A stretch of 24,000 nt of DNA from Candidatus Bathyarchaeia archaeon (GTDB lineage Archaea > Thermoproteota > Bathyarchaeia > Bathyarchaeales > DTEX01): the NCBI GenBank assembly GCA_038826015.1, contig JAWBOR010000007.1, positions 8,493 to 32,492 of the forward strand. The letters run 5' to 3'. Below are positions 16,681-24,000 of the stretch, piece after piece. Positions within the stretch are counted from its first letter, which is position 1; the number at the start of each line of letters is the position of its first letter. The position numbers and the translations under genes are program-made. The notes under the pieces were generated by a model. The model had not been told where the DNA came from, did no database searches, and saw only the letters and a list, made by a program, of their open reading frames with translations.

Positions 16681-17739
16681 ATGATTCCACGTGAAAGGGT
16701 TAAGAAGGCTTTACAGCATCGTGAAGCAGATAGAATCCCAATTCATGACTCAATCTGGTCGGCAACTGTTGATAGATGGCATAATGAGGGCTTACCTTCC
16801 GGAGTTACTCCCGATGATTATTTCGGTTTCGAGTTGGCTAATTTTAAAGCTGACACTTCGCCTCAGTTTCCTGTTGAGGTTCTTTATGAAGATGAGGAAT
16901 ATATCGTTGAACGGAACAGTTACGGCGGCGTTAGGAAAAATCACCGCGATCTTTCCACAACACCGATGATTATTGACTACCCTTGTAAGAGCCAAAAGGA
17001 TTGGGAAAAGATAAAACCCAGATTGACACCTAGCGATTACCGTGTCGATTGGATTACAGGCTTACAAACTTTTCATCGTGAATATAACCGAGGAAGATTT
17101 TTCACCTTTAACGCTACGGTTGGATATGATAAAGCCCAAAATTATGTGGCTTCAGAAAGACTTCTCAAAGCCGTTATCAAGGAACCTGAATGGGTCATAG
17201 ATATGTACCGAACCGACGCTGATCTTGTCATGAGTATGTGCGATCGAATGATGAAAGGAGGATTTAAATTCGATGGGGCCTTCCTGTATTGCGATCTTGG
17301 TTATAAAACAGGCTTATTTTTCTCCCCAAAGCATTACGAAGAGGAGCTACATCCGGTCTTTAAGGATCTTTGTAGATATTTCCATAGCAAAGGGATGCTG
17401 GTGTTTCTCCATTGTTGCGGAAGGATTGAGACTCTCATACCGTTCTTCATTGAGGAAGGAATCGACTGTCTGCAACCCTTAGAGGTTAAAGCCGGCATGG
17501 ACTTAATTGAACTAAAAGAAAAATATGGAGACGAAATCAGTTTTATGGGCGGCATCGACGTGAGACTTATGGCCTTAGATGATCCAAAACCTATAGAAAA
17601 GGAGATCCAAAACAAGATTTCAGTGGCCAAAGAAGGCGGAGGATACATATATCATTCAGATCACTCCGTGCCTAAAAACGTCAGCTTCCAACAATACAAA
17701 CGTGTAATGGAACTCGTAAAGAAACACGGAAATTATTAA
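16681..17739 (+). CDS. uroporphyrinogen decarboxylase (URO-D) family protein, MtaA/CmuA-like methyltransferase-type
   Basis: 352 aa. The N-terminus RERVKKALQHREADRIPI and the C-terminal half (FLHCCGRIETLIPFFIEEGIDCLQPLE...FMGGIDV) are typical of the URO-D fold family. The specific activity cannot be assigned. Confidence 0.8.
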   Translation: MIPRERVKKALQHREADRIPIHDSIWSATVDRWHNEGLPSGVTPDDYFGFELANFKADTSPQFPVEVLYEDEEYIVERNSYGGVRKNHRDLSTTPMIIDYPCKSQKDWEKIKPRLTPSDYRVDWITGLQTFHREYNRGRFFTFNATVGYDKAQNYVASERLLKAVIKEPEWVIDMYRTDADLVMSMCDRMMKGGFKFDGAFLYCDLGYKTGLFFSPKHYEEELHPVFKDLCRYFHSKGMLVFLHCCGRIETLIPFFIEEGIDCLQPLEVKAGMDLIELKEKYGDEISFMGGIDVRLMALDDPKPIEKEIQNKISVAKEGGGYIYHSDHSVPKNVSFQQYKRVMELVKKHGNY

Positions 17740-17803
17740 AAACTTTAAAGGCAAGATAACCTAATAAGTTTCAAAAACTCATAAATTAAAGAAATTAATT
17801 AAC

Positions 17804-17910
17804 GCCCCGGTGGCTCAGCGGTTAGAACACAAAACGTAACAAAAGCAACGGCCTTGTATTGCGAAATGCAAGAAAGCCGTAGATCGCGGGTTCAAATCCC
17901 GCCCGGGGCT
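17804..17910 (+). tRNA. tRNA-Thr (anticodon TGT) with two introns
   Basis: Manual cloverleaf. Acceptor GCCCCGG/CCGGGGC plus discriminator T. D-arm GCTC-AGCGGTTA-GA[18-nt intron 17827-17844]GC. Anticodon stem ACGGC/GCCGT with loop CT-TGT-A[16-nt intron 17859-17874]A. Variable loop AGATC. T-arm GCGGG-TTCAAAT-CCCGC. The spliced length is 73 nt and no CCA is encoded. Intron borders are ambiguous by 1 nt because of flanking A residues. Confidence 0.8.
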
Positions 17911-18078
17911 CTTCAAAATATGTCAAAAGGGTTTTGGGGATGTTTTCAGTATAAGGATTTGGTTAATCTTGTTTTTCCATCTTTTTATTCATTAAATCGT
18001 CTGTTCTGGGACCATCAGTGGTTATTCTTTCTTCAACATAAAGTTTTAATGAACGGGGCGTAGAAATTTATAAAAAAG

Positions 18079-19145
18079 ATGGTGAAAACATTCCGACTAC
18101 AAGCCAAGTCTTTAATATTGCGAAAAGCGTTCTAAGATATAAGATTGGTCGCCCAAAGCCTTTTTCAGTTGTATACCTAATTACGTATAGATGCAATCTC
18201 AGATGTATATTCTGTAATTTCTGGAAAAAGAAAAAAGTCAAGGAACTTAACACGGAAGAAGCGAAAACGATTATTGATAATTTGGAAGGTTCAGGAATAA
18301 CAATATTCAACTTTTGCGGGGGCGAACCGCTACTTAGAAAAGACTTGGAAGAGATAGCCACATATGCCAAGGTCAAGGGAATGATTACCGGCGTCAACAC
18401 AAATGGTACTTTGTTGACACCCCAAAGAGCTGAAACAATCGCGGAAGCGTTTGATTTCGTCTATGTTTCTATTGACGGGTTTGAAAAGACGCATGACACT
18501 ATTCGAGGTCTAGAAGGGACTTTTGAAAGGGCAATTACAGGGTTGAAAAACTTGATCGAAGTAAGAGGAGATTGTACAGTGGGCGTAAATTTTGTTTTAA
18601 CCAATAAAAACTACGAAGAATTTCTTCCCATCTGTAGTTGGCTTAAAGATTTGGGTGTAGACGTACTTTTCGTCTCCACGGTTGGCGAAAGCATCGATGG
18701 AGGCAACTTCGCCTCAATTTATTCTATACCTAAGGACAAAGTCGATGGATTCATAAAGAAAGTTCTAAATGAGAAGATGAAGGATCCGAAATTTCTTATA
18801 TCTTCAGAGAAATTCATAAAGCTTATCCCAAAATTTGTAAAAGGCGAGATGCCACATATCTGTGACGCTGGACGATTATATCTAGGGATTGACAATGTTG
18901 GCAACCTCTTTATTTGCCCAGGCGTATCGCCTAGCTCAAAATGGCGAATAGGCTCACTTTTGAACTCGTCAGCAGAAGAACTGCTTAGATCCCGTTGTTT
19001 TGAAGGCGTTCTAAAATCGACTAAAGACTGCAAACCATGTTTGTTAGGTTGCACCGTTTCGCATTCTTTGTTATTTAGGAGCTCATTTGTCGGTCTATTA
19101 AAAGAGGGGTTCAGATACTGGAAGGCATCTCGCTGCATGAAATAA
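18079..19145 (+). CDS. radical SAM / SPASM-type domain protein (N-terminal frame break)
   Basis: The CxxxCxxC motif (ITYRCNLRCIFCNFW, 18183-18224) lies upstream of the ORF-track start (TTG 18282) in the same frame. That frame has no ATG/GTG/TTG back to its upstream stop at 18039-18041. ATG 18079 in the +1-offset frame gives MVKTFRLQAKSLILRK. Adding one A to the A4 run at 18123-18126 joins it to SVLRYKIGRPKPFSVVYLITYRC... The C-terminus has CX12GX4C (CDAGRLYLGIDNVGNLFIC) and CKPCLLGC, consistent with an auxiliary Fe-S (SPASM/twitch) domain. Confidence 0.75.
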
Positions 19146-19353
19146 CTCGTTTGGTCATCAACTCCAGTCAGTCGAAGATTCGGTTTAAGCCTGCATTTTT
19201 CGATGTAGAGAATCCCTATGGGGCTCCGATCTTATTTTCCTTAGGAAGTATCAACGAGAAATTTTATCCCATGCAAAGCTCCATGTTAGAAATTATGATC
19301 AAAAGCAATCATTTTATAATTTAAACAATAAAGACGCGACGCATGATGCTGTT

Positions 19354-20601
19354 TTAATTGTTTGACATATTTGTGATCTTTATCTTTACCAGCGCAATTG
19401 AGGCCAGAATAAAAGCTGGGATTGATGCTAAGAAAGGTGAATGTTGCCCCATACTATTGTATAGGTATCCTCCGAGTATTTGGGCTGGAATCGCTGTGGT
19501 CAGAGAAAAAAAGCTGAAGAGCGCCATCATCCTTCCACGTGTCTCTCGTGTTGATAGATTAGCTTGAAGAGCTGTCAGAGAAGGACCTAATAGCACGCTG
19601 CCTGCGCTGCCTATGACGCTCCACATTACGAGGTCATCCATCCCTTTCGCTCTTACAAATATCAGCTGAGTCAATGGAACTGAAATCGAAGCATAAATCG
19701 CACTTTTCTTTAAACCAACCTTTTCTGCTATTCTAGTGGCTGGTAGAAGAAGAATCACGCTTATTGCTCCAGCAGCATTCGTGACCAGACCATAGTATTC
19801 TGGCTTGACGTGTAAAGCATCGACCACGTAAAGCGAAGTATAGGGCACAGTCATTCCTGACCCTATGCTTGCCAGAACGGAATAAAAAAGGAGGTTTTTA
19901 GCCCCACTGCTTGCATTTTTCAGGAAATACACATTATCTTTAGCGAAGTCTAAAATGAAATGATAAAATCCCTTTTCCGTTCTACTATCGTTTCCTGAAT
20001 ATGTTTCTTTTAGTTTAAGCGCCCTGTAGGAAACCCCAAGGATGCCGAAAAAACCGCTCAAAAAATAAGCTATGCGCAACCCCAACAAGTTACCAAACCT
20101 TTGCATCAGCATCCCTCCAATGTATGGGCAGAATATTGAGGGCATAGAGGTAACTAATGTAAAAGAGGCTACGCCTCTTGTACGTAGCTCTGGCTGCATA
20201 GAGTCGGTTAATATAGCATTGAAAGCCGGACCATAAATCCCAGCGATTGAAGCTAACATGATTGGTATTATAAGCAGCTCATGTTGGTCAATAAAGATGT
20301 ACACAAAGGCAGATGCGGCGCTAAGAAAGCTGAAGATTACAATAACTTTTCTTCTCCCCCAAGAATCGGCTACATATCCACCTATCAACTGCATAAGCGC
20401 TGTGATACCCGAGCTCATAGCTAAAAGATATCCAATGAATATGGAGTCTGAACCAACACAAGAGAAATAGATGGATTGATACGGATTAACCACAGCGCCG
20501 CCAATACTCCAGATAGTAGCGCTAAACGCAAGAACCCAAGCATCACCGGGAAGATATAGCATATTTCTGAGGTTGTTTCTAATATTGGGAAACTTCAACA
20601 T
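19354..20601 (-). CDS. MFS-type transporter
   Basis: 415 aa with multiple hydrophobic segments and an MFS-like loop motif (GYVADSWGRRKVIV). It is convergent with the radical SAM gene. Confidence 0.85.
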   Translation of the reverse strand: MLKFPNIRNNLRNMLYLPGDAWVLAFSATIWSIGGAVVNPYQSIYFSCVGSDSIFIGYLLAMSSGITALMQLIGGYVADSWGRRKVIVIFSFLSAASAFVYIFIDQHELLIIPIMLASIAGIYGPAFNAILTDSMQPELRTRGVASFTLVTSMPSIFCPYIGGMLMQRFGNLLGLRIAYFLSGFFGILGVSYRALKLKETYSGNDSRTEKGFYHFILDFAKDNVYFLKNASSGAKNLLFYSVLASIGSGMTVPYTSLYVVDALHVKPEYYGLVTNAAGAISVILLLPATRIAEKVGLKKSAIYASISVPLTQLIFVRAKGMDDLVMWSVIGSAGSVLLGPSLTALQANLSTRETRGRMMALFSFFSLTTAIPAQILGGYLYNSMGQHSPFLASIPAFILASIALVKIKITNMSNN

Positions 20602-20954
20602 TTATCGTGCCCTTAACCATACACGCAAATAAATATAATAATTTCTGTCGGTCGTCTTTGCTGGATTGACCCTTTTCCATTTCTTAAAAAAATAGATCCG
20701 ATCTTTTAGACAATCTCTTGAATTTATTTATTGGCATACTATTAGACTTCATTTTATACTAATTCAGCTAGTCAGATGATTCCTAATAGGGTTTACAAGC
20801 TTATTTTCAATTTTTCTTTTATACGATACCCGATATGAATAGTAAAAAGAACAAAGAAACCGAAATTGGCGTGAAAGGTCAAAATTTAGAGCCGAAAAAA
20901 TAATTTTTAAACCCAGCCTTCCAGATTAACGTTGCACTACAAAGGGCCTAAGTA

Positions 20955-21297
20955 GAACAGACGGCGGGTCACTGAGGTTTGACGCCTAGTTTTCATTAAG
21001 CTACCCCAGCTTCTTTCCTCGTATCCGCATCCCTCTGAGCGCCGAACGTCTAAGCTTAGGTTGCTCCCTCCCGGGCCTGGCCAGGTTCGCCTAGTAAACG
21101 CGGTTACGTCCTCCCTACAGAGGACGCTCCGAGACCGCCAGCCCCAGAGGACGGATATTCATTGTTGGAATGCTGGGCAGCTCAATGATCTTTTGCGCCT
21201 TGCCTCAGCTCTCGGCCCGTCGTATAGAGGGTTTACGGTCGAGGCTCGGATAGCCTCTCAAGGGACCCCTAGCCCCCCGCCTGAGACCCACCGTCCA
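20955..21297 (-). ncRNA. signal recognition particle RNA (archaeal 7S/SRP RNA)
   Basis: A GC-rich block in an AT-rich context. The minus strand reads GGACGGTGGGTCTCAGGCGGGGGGCTAGGGGTCCC... at its 5' end and ...CCTCAGTGACCCGCCGTC at its 3' end; the two ends are largely complementary (terminal helix). The complement of 21060-21088 is CCTGGCCAGGCCCGGGAGGGAGCAAC. That corresponds to the conserved helix-8 motif (compare bacterial CAGGUCCGGAAGGAAGCAGC). The ends are approximate (+/-10 nt). Confidence 0.85.
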
Positions 21298-21319
21298 AAA
21301 AGAATTTATTATTATGAAA

Positions 21320-21329
21320 TTAATAAAAG
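21320..21329 (-). promoter_or_regulatory. TATA-like box for SRP RNA
   Basis: The minus strand reads GCTTTTATTAATTTCATAATAATAAATTCTTTTTGGACGG. TTTTATTAA lies about 25-33 nt upstream of the inferred SRP RNA 5' end, within the 59-nt gap after apgM. Confidence 0.4.
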
Positions 21330-21355
21330 CTTCTCGCCGAAAGCAAAATTCATTG

Positions 21356-22651
21356 TTAAAATGAGGCTCGCCTAGCCTGCTTTAAGAAACCCATAAGCAT
21401 AGGCATAAGCGAAGTTCCATTTTTCAAGGTTCCTAGGCTTCCTTTTTCACATTCTTTCTCTGAGAACTTTTTGGCGCCTTCGGCTTCTAGAAAGTCTCCT
21501 GCAATAAGTAAAGGAACAGGATCATCACTATGAGCTTTCAGTCTACAAGGTGTTGAATGATCAGCCGTAACGCATATGAGACAATCTTTCAGATCTATTT
21601 GAGACAAAAGATTCCCAAAGAAGAACTCGTCAATTGCTGCAATGATTTGGGCTTTAAGCCTAAAATCTCCATCGTGAGCAGGCTCATCTGGACCTTTAAG
21701 ATGAATATAGAAACAATTAAAAGAAGACAGAAGACTCAGTAATTTTTCAGCTCTAAGTAAACAATCGGCTTTGATGTTGCCCGAGGGCGGCGGAACATCA
21801 ACAGGATGCATCCCAGCTAGTCTTGCAATGCCCTTTTCAACAGGCATATCAGCTAAACAAGCAAAGCGGACACCATATTTTTCATTTATATTAAAAAATT
21901 TCGGTAGCTCGTCACCAGCGTCACGTGTTAAGACAACGTTAGCTTTCAGTTTTCCCTCAGCTTCACGTTTCCTATTCACTTCATGCTCATCTAAGATAAC
22001 ATGGCTTTTCTCAATAAACTCGTTTACAAGTTTGGCTGAAAACCTGGATGCTTCAGTGTCTTCTAAAGGTTGACAATCATTCAGAACCATTTCAACCTTA
22101 GCCTTCGCCACGCCAAGACCAGCAACTAATTCATAGGCTGGATCAGTGTTCGAAATTTTCCCAGAGAGAGGTTTATCTCTGCTTCGGATTATTAAAGCGC
22201 CTCTATGCCCCATGGTGTTTCGGAATTCGAAATCAACTGGGTAAGAATTCAACTTAACCTCACGGTTTATCGCCTTAGCTAATTCAGCTGCTTCCGCCGT
22301 TGTTAAATTTCTTCCAACCCTTCGATCAACAATTTTTCTGCCTTGGCCTAAGGTTGCAAAATTACACCTTAAAGCAAGGTCACCGTTCCTCATCTCTAAA
22401 CCGGCGCCGTAAACCTCTAAAGGTCCTCTGCCAACATGGTATTTATAGGGATCATAGCCTAGAATTGAGATTACTGCAACATCGCTTTCTGGAGCTATCC
22501 CTTTATCAACAGTGTACATTAACCCTAATTTGCCTTTGCTCGCCAGATAGTCCATGTGAGGTGTCTCAGCAAACTCTAGAGGAGTCTGCCTACCAAGCTC
22601 TTCAGTAGGCAAATCGCCCATTCCATCTATGACTACATAAATCAGCTTCAT
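21356..22651 (-). CDS. apgM: 2,3-bisphosphoglycerate-independent phosphoglycerate mutase, archaeal type
   Basis: 431 aa. MKLIYVVIDGMGDLP...TPLEFAETPHMDYLA...GIAPESDVAVISILGYDP...VTADHSTP is typical of ApgM and the alkaline-phosphatase superfamily. Confidence 0.9.
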   Translation of the reverse strand: MKLIYVVIDGMGDLPTEELGRQTPLEFAETPHMDYLASKGKLGLMYTVDKGIAPESDVAVISILGYDPYKYHVGRGPLEVYGAGLEMRNGDLALRCNFATLGQGRKIVDRRVGRNLTTAEAAELAKAINREVKLNSYPVDFEFRNTMGHRGALIIRSRDKPLSGKISNTDPAYELVAGLGVAKAKVEMVLNDCQPLEDTEASRFSAKLVNEFIEKSHVILDEHEVNRKREAEGKLKANVVLTRDAGDELPKFFNINEKYGVRFACLADMPVEKGIARLAGMHPVDVPPPSGNIKADCLLRAEKLLSLLSSFNCFYIHLKGPDEPAHDGDFRLKAQIIAAIDEFFFGNLLSQIDLKDCLICVTADHSTPCRLKAHSDDPVPLLIAGDFLEAEGAKKFSEKECEKGSLGTLKNGTSLMPMLMGFLKQARRASF

Positions 22652-22775
22652 TACATCAGCCGCTCCTTCTGTCCTTTACCAAAAATAAATAATCTATTTA
22701 AAAAGTTTTCACAGAACAGCCGAAAAGACGGGCAATTAAAAACTGAGGAAAATCTCATCAGTTTCGATAGAAACT

Positions 22776-23327
22776 TTAGCTCTCTTCTGATATCTCAGCG
22801 GTGTCCGAGAAGCCGCTGCTCTCCCATGTACCTAAGGCGTTGTAGTTAACTAGTTCTATATGGGTGATCTCACGTATCCATTTGTAACCCCATTTTCCCG
22901 GGACAATTAAACATGTTTGCTCAGGTAAAGGCACACCGTCTCTCTCGTAGGCTATAATTACGTCTTCTCGCATAGCAGTCTTAATATCTAGATCAGTTGT
23001 ATACCCATCCTTGGCATAGAAGAAAACTTTTATAGCCTCTGGTTTAATTCCAGCTTGCTCTAGAATGAAGCCAAGCCTCACACCAGTCCAGTTTCCTTTA
23101 GCAATAATCTTTGTAGGAGAACCAACGCAGATAAGTTCGGCGTAAACCGTAGTTTTAGACATTGCCTTAAGTTTGTTGAGTGTCAGGTTTAGCGGACGCT
23201 GAACAAACCCGTCCACCAGAACCCACCGTTCAGAATTCTCAAAGACTTCCCAAGGAGTAGCAGCAGAGAAACTATAAATCCAGATTGCAGTTCCAACACT
23301 TGTTACTATCAAAGCGAGTACCAACAA
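22776..23327 (-). CDS. molybdopterin-binding oxidoreductase domain protein (sulfite-oxidase/MsrP-like fold), membrane-anchored
   Basis: 183 aa from TTG 23327. It has an N-terminal TM helix, then ELICVGSP...GNWTGVRLGFILEQAGIKPEAIKVFFYAKDGYTTDL...IIAYERDGVPLP...LIVPGKWGYKWIREITHIELV. The N-terminus is uncertain because the only strong SD (GGGAGG, about 23363-23369) lies ~35 nt upstream of this TTG. Confidence 0.75.
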   Translation of the reverse strand: MLVLALIVTSVGTAIWIYSFSAATPWEVFENSERWVLVDGFVQRPLNLTLNKLKAMSKTTVYAELICVGSPTKIIAKGNWTGVRLGFILEQAGIKPEAIKVFFYAKDGYTTDLDIKTAMREDVIIAYERDGVPLPEQTCLIVPGKWGYKWIREITHIELVNYNALGTWESSGFSDTAEISEES

Positions 23328-23608
23328 GCTAATTTGAATTTTTCTTTTCTCTATTCCAATTTCCTCCCTGTACTAGAAAATGGGTATAACAGCCTTATAA
23401 ACACAGCGGCTCGAAACAAAAATAATCGTATATGTTGTGATGTTCCAGAAAAGGGAAACCTTTAAACCAATTCGACACTTCAGTATGTTTATTTATGTTT
23501 TAATTCTAGCTTTGCGTAAAACTATGAAGAGGATTGAAAGATGAATTCAACGATACGATGCGTATTCCCCAGCTAATCTTCGATTATAAGTTTGAAGGAG
23601 GATACTCA

Positions 23609-24000
23609 TGCCAGTTTTTAAAGCTGAGCAATTAAAGAGAATTGGAGCTGAGATTTTTGTTGCTGCTGGAACACCCGTCGAAGAAGCAAAACTGGTCTCA
23701 GATTTTTTAATTAAAGCTAACCTTGTTGGGCATGATTCCCATGGCATACTTCGGATTATTCAGTATTTGAAGGAGATTAAGGCAGGGATTCTTAAACCAG
23801 GAGCGAAGATTGAAGTTGTACGCGAAACAGGTTCCACGGCTTTAGTAAACGGCAATTGGGGTTTCGGTCAAGTTGTGGCGAAGCGAGCTATGGAAATCGC
23901 GATTGAAAAAGCTAAAAAGAATGCTGTAAGCGTGGTGTGCGCGTTTAACTGTAATCATGTCGGAAGATTGGCAGACTACACTCTTATGGCTTCACAGAAG
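23609..24000 (+). CDS. Ldh_2 family malate/L-lactate/(S)-sulfolactate dehydrogenase (partial; C-terminus beyond window end)
   Basis: Absent from the ORF track because no stop codon lies in the window. The ATG at 23609 lies 8 nt after GGAGGA. Translation: MPVFKAEQLKRIGAEIFVAAGTPVEEAKLVSDFLIKANLVGHDSHGILRIIQYLKEIKAGILKPGAKIEVVRETGSTALVNGNWGFGQVVAKRAMEIAIEKAKKNAVSVV.... The LxGHDSHG and GNWGFGQ motifs are typical of this family. Confidence 0.8.

Noticed and set aside
17854-18063. 69-aa + strand ORF starting inside the tRNA
   Set aside because: It begins within the tRNA-Thr anticodon region, intron and T-arm, then runs through AT-rich spacer. The tRNA fold explains this sequence.
18068-18400. 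110-aa minus-strand ORF
   Set aside because: It is a shadow ORF antisense to the radical SAM gene. The + strand carries the CxxxCxxC motif and the GGEPLL SAM-binding motif at the same location.
17911-20601. tRNA-adjacent genomic island or integrated element downstream of tRNA-Thr
   Set aside because: There is no integrase or recombinase gene. I could find no direct repeat of the tRNA 3' end by eye, and the downstream genes have the same composition as the rest of the window.
20835-20903. 22-codon ORF MNSKKNKETEIGVKGQNLEPKK in the MFS/SRP RNA spacer
   Set aside because: It is Lys-rich and low in complexity, a product of A-rich spacer. It has no SD and is too short to support.
21061-21375. 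104-aa + strand ORF (MLPPGPGQVRLVNAV...)
   Set aside because: It lies antisense within the GC-rich SRP RNA gene. The open frame is a by-product of GC-rich RNA sequence, and it has no SD or promoter.
1-24000. CRISPR arrays, tandem repeats, IS elements, toxin-antitoxin or other defence modules
   Set aside because: Reading all intergenic regions, I saw no regularly spaced repeats, no terminal inverted repeats and no transposase- or nuclease-like ORFs. The window appears to be core chromosome.

Overview
This looks like an AT-rich archaeal chromosomal segment. The evidence is Shine-Dalgarno-led genes, BRE/TATA-like promoters, a tRNA with introns, an archaeal-type SRP RNA, and archaeal-type AMP phosphorylase, ApgM, FAU-1 and CofD. 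By gene content it resembles a Thermoproteota/TACK lineage (Bathyarchaeia-like), which is a guess. The content is mostly housekeeping. It includes an rtcA/fau-1-like RNA-processing pair, a tungsten-type aldehyde:ferredoxin oxidoreductase with its polyferredoxin, and AMP phosphorylase followed by a HAD hydrolase. There is also a Mo/W/sulfate-type ABC permease and ATPase, gdhA, gatC-gatA, and cofD translationally coupled to a nitroreductase-fold gene. The remaining genes are an ECF-S-like membrane protein, an HD hydrolase, a URO-D family protein, tRNA-Thr(UGU), a radical SAM/SPASM protein, an MFS transporter, SRP RNA, apgM, a small Moco-domain protein and an Ldh_2 dehydrogenase. Two genes run off the window edges and are absent from the ORF track: fau-1-like at 1..1054(-) and Ldh_2 at 23609..24000(+). 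I found no CRISPR array, transposase, integrase or recognisable defence system, and no convincing novel multi-gene system. Five things deserve a second look. (1) An isolated GC-rich island at 5614-5696 with a perfect 12-bp hairpin may be an unannotated small RNA or a leader element upstream of AMP phosphorylase. (2) The tRNA-Thr carries two introns, one at a non-canonical D-arm position. (3) Three reading-frame breaks (two in the ABC permease, one in the radical SAM gene) are each repaired by adding one base to a short mononucleotide run, so they are assembly indels or real pseudogenisation. (4) The cofD/nitroreductase coupling hints at a dehydro-F420-0 route. (5) A weak RiPP-like arrangement exists (rSAM/SPASM, a 57-codon ORF, an MFS gene). 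All homology statements come from reading the translations by eye; no searches were run.
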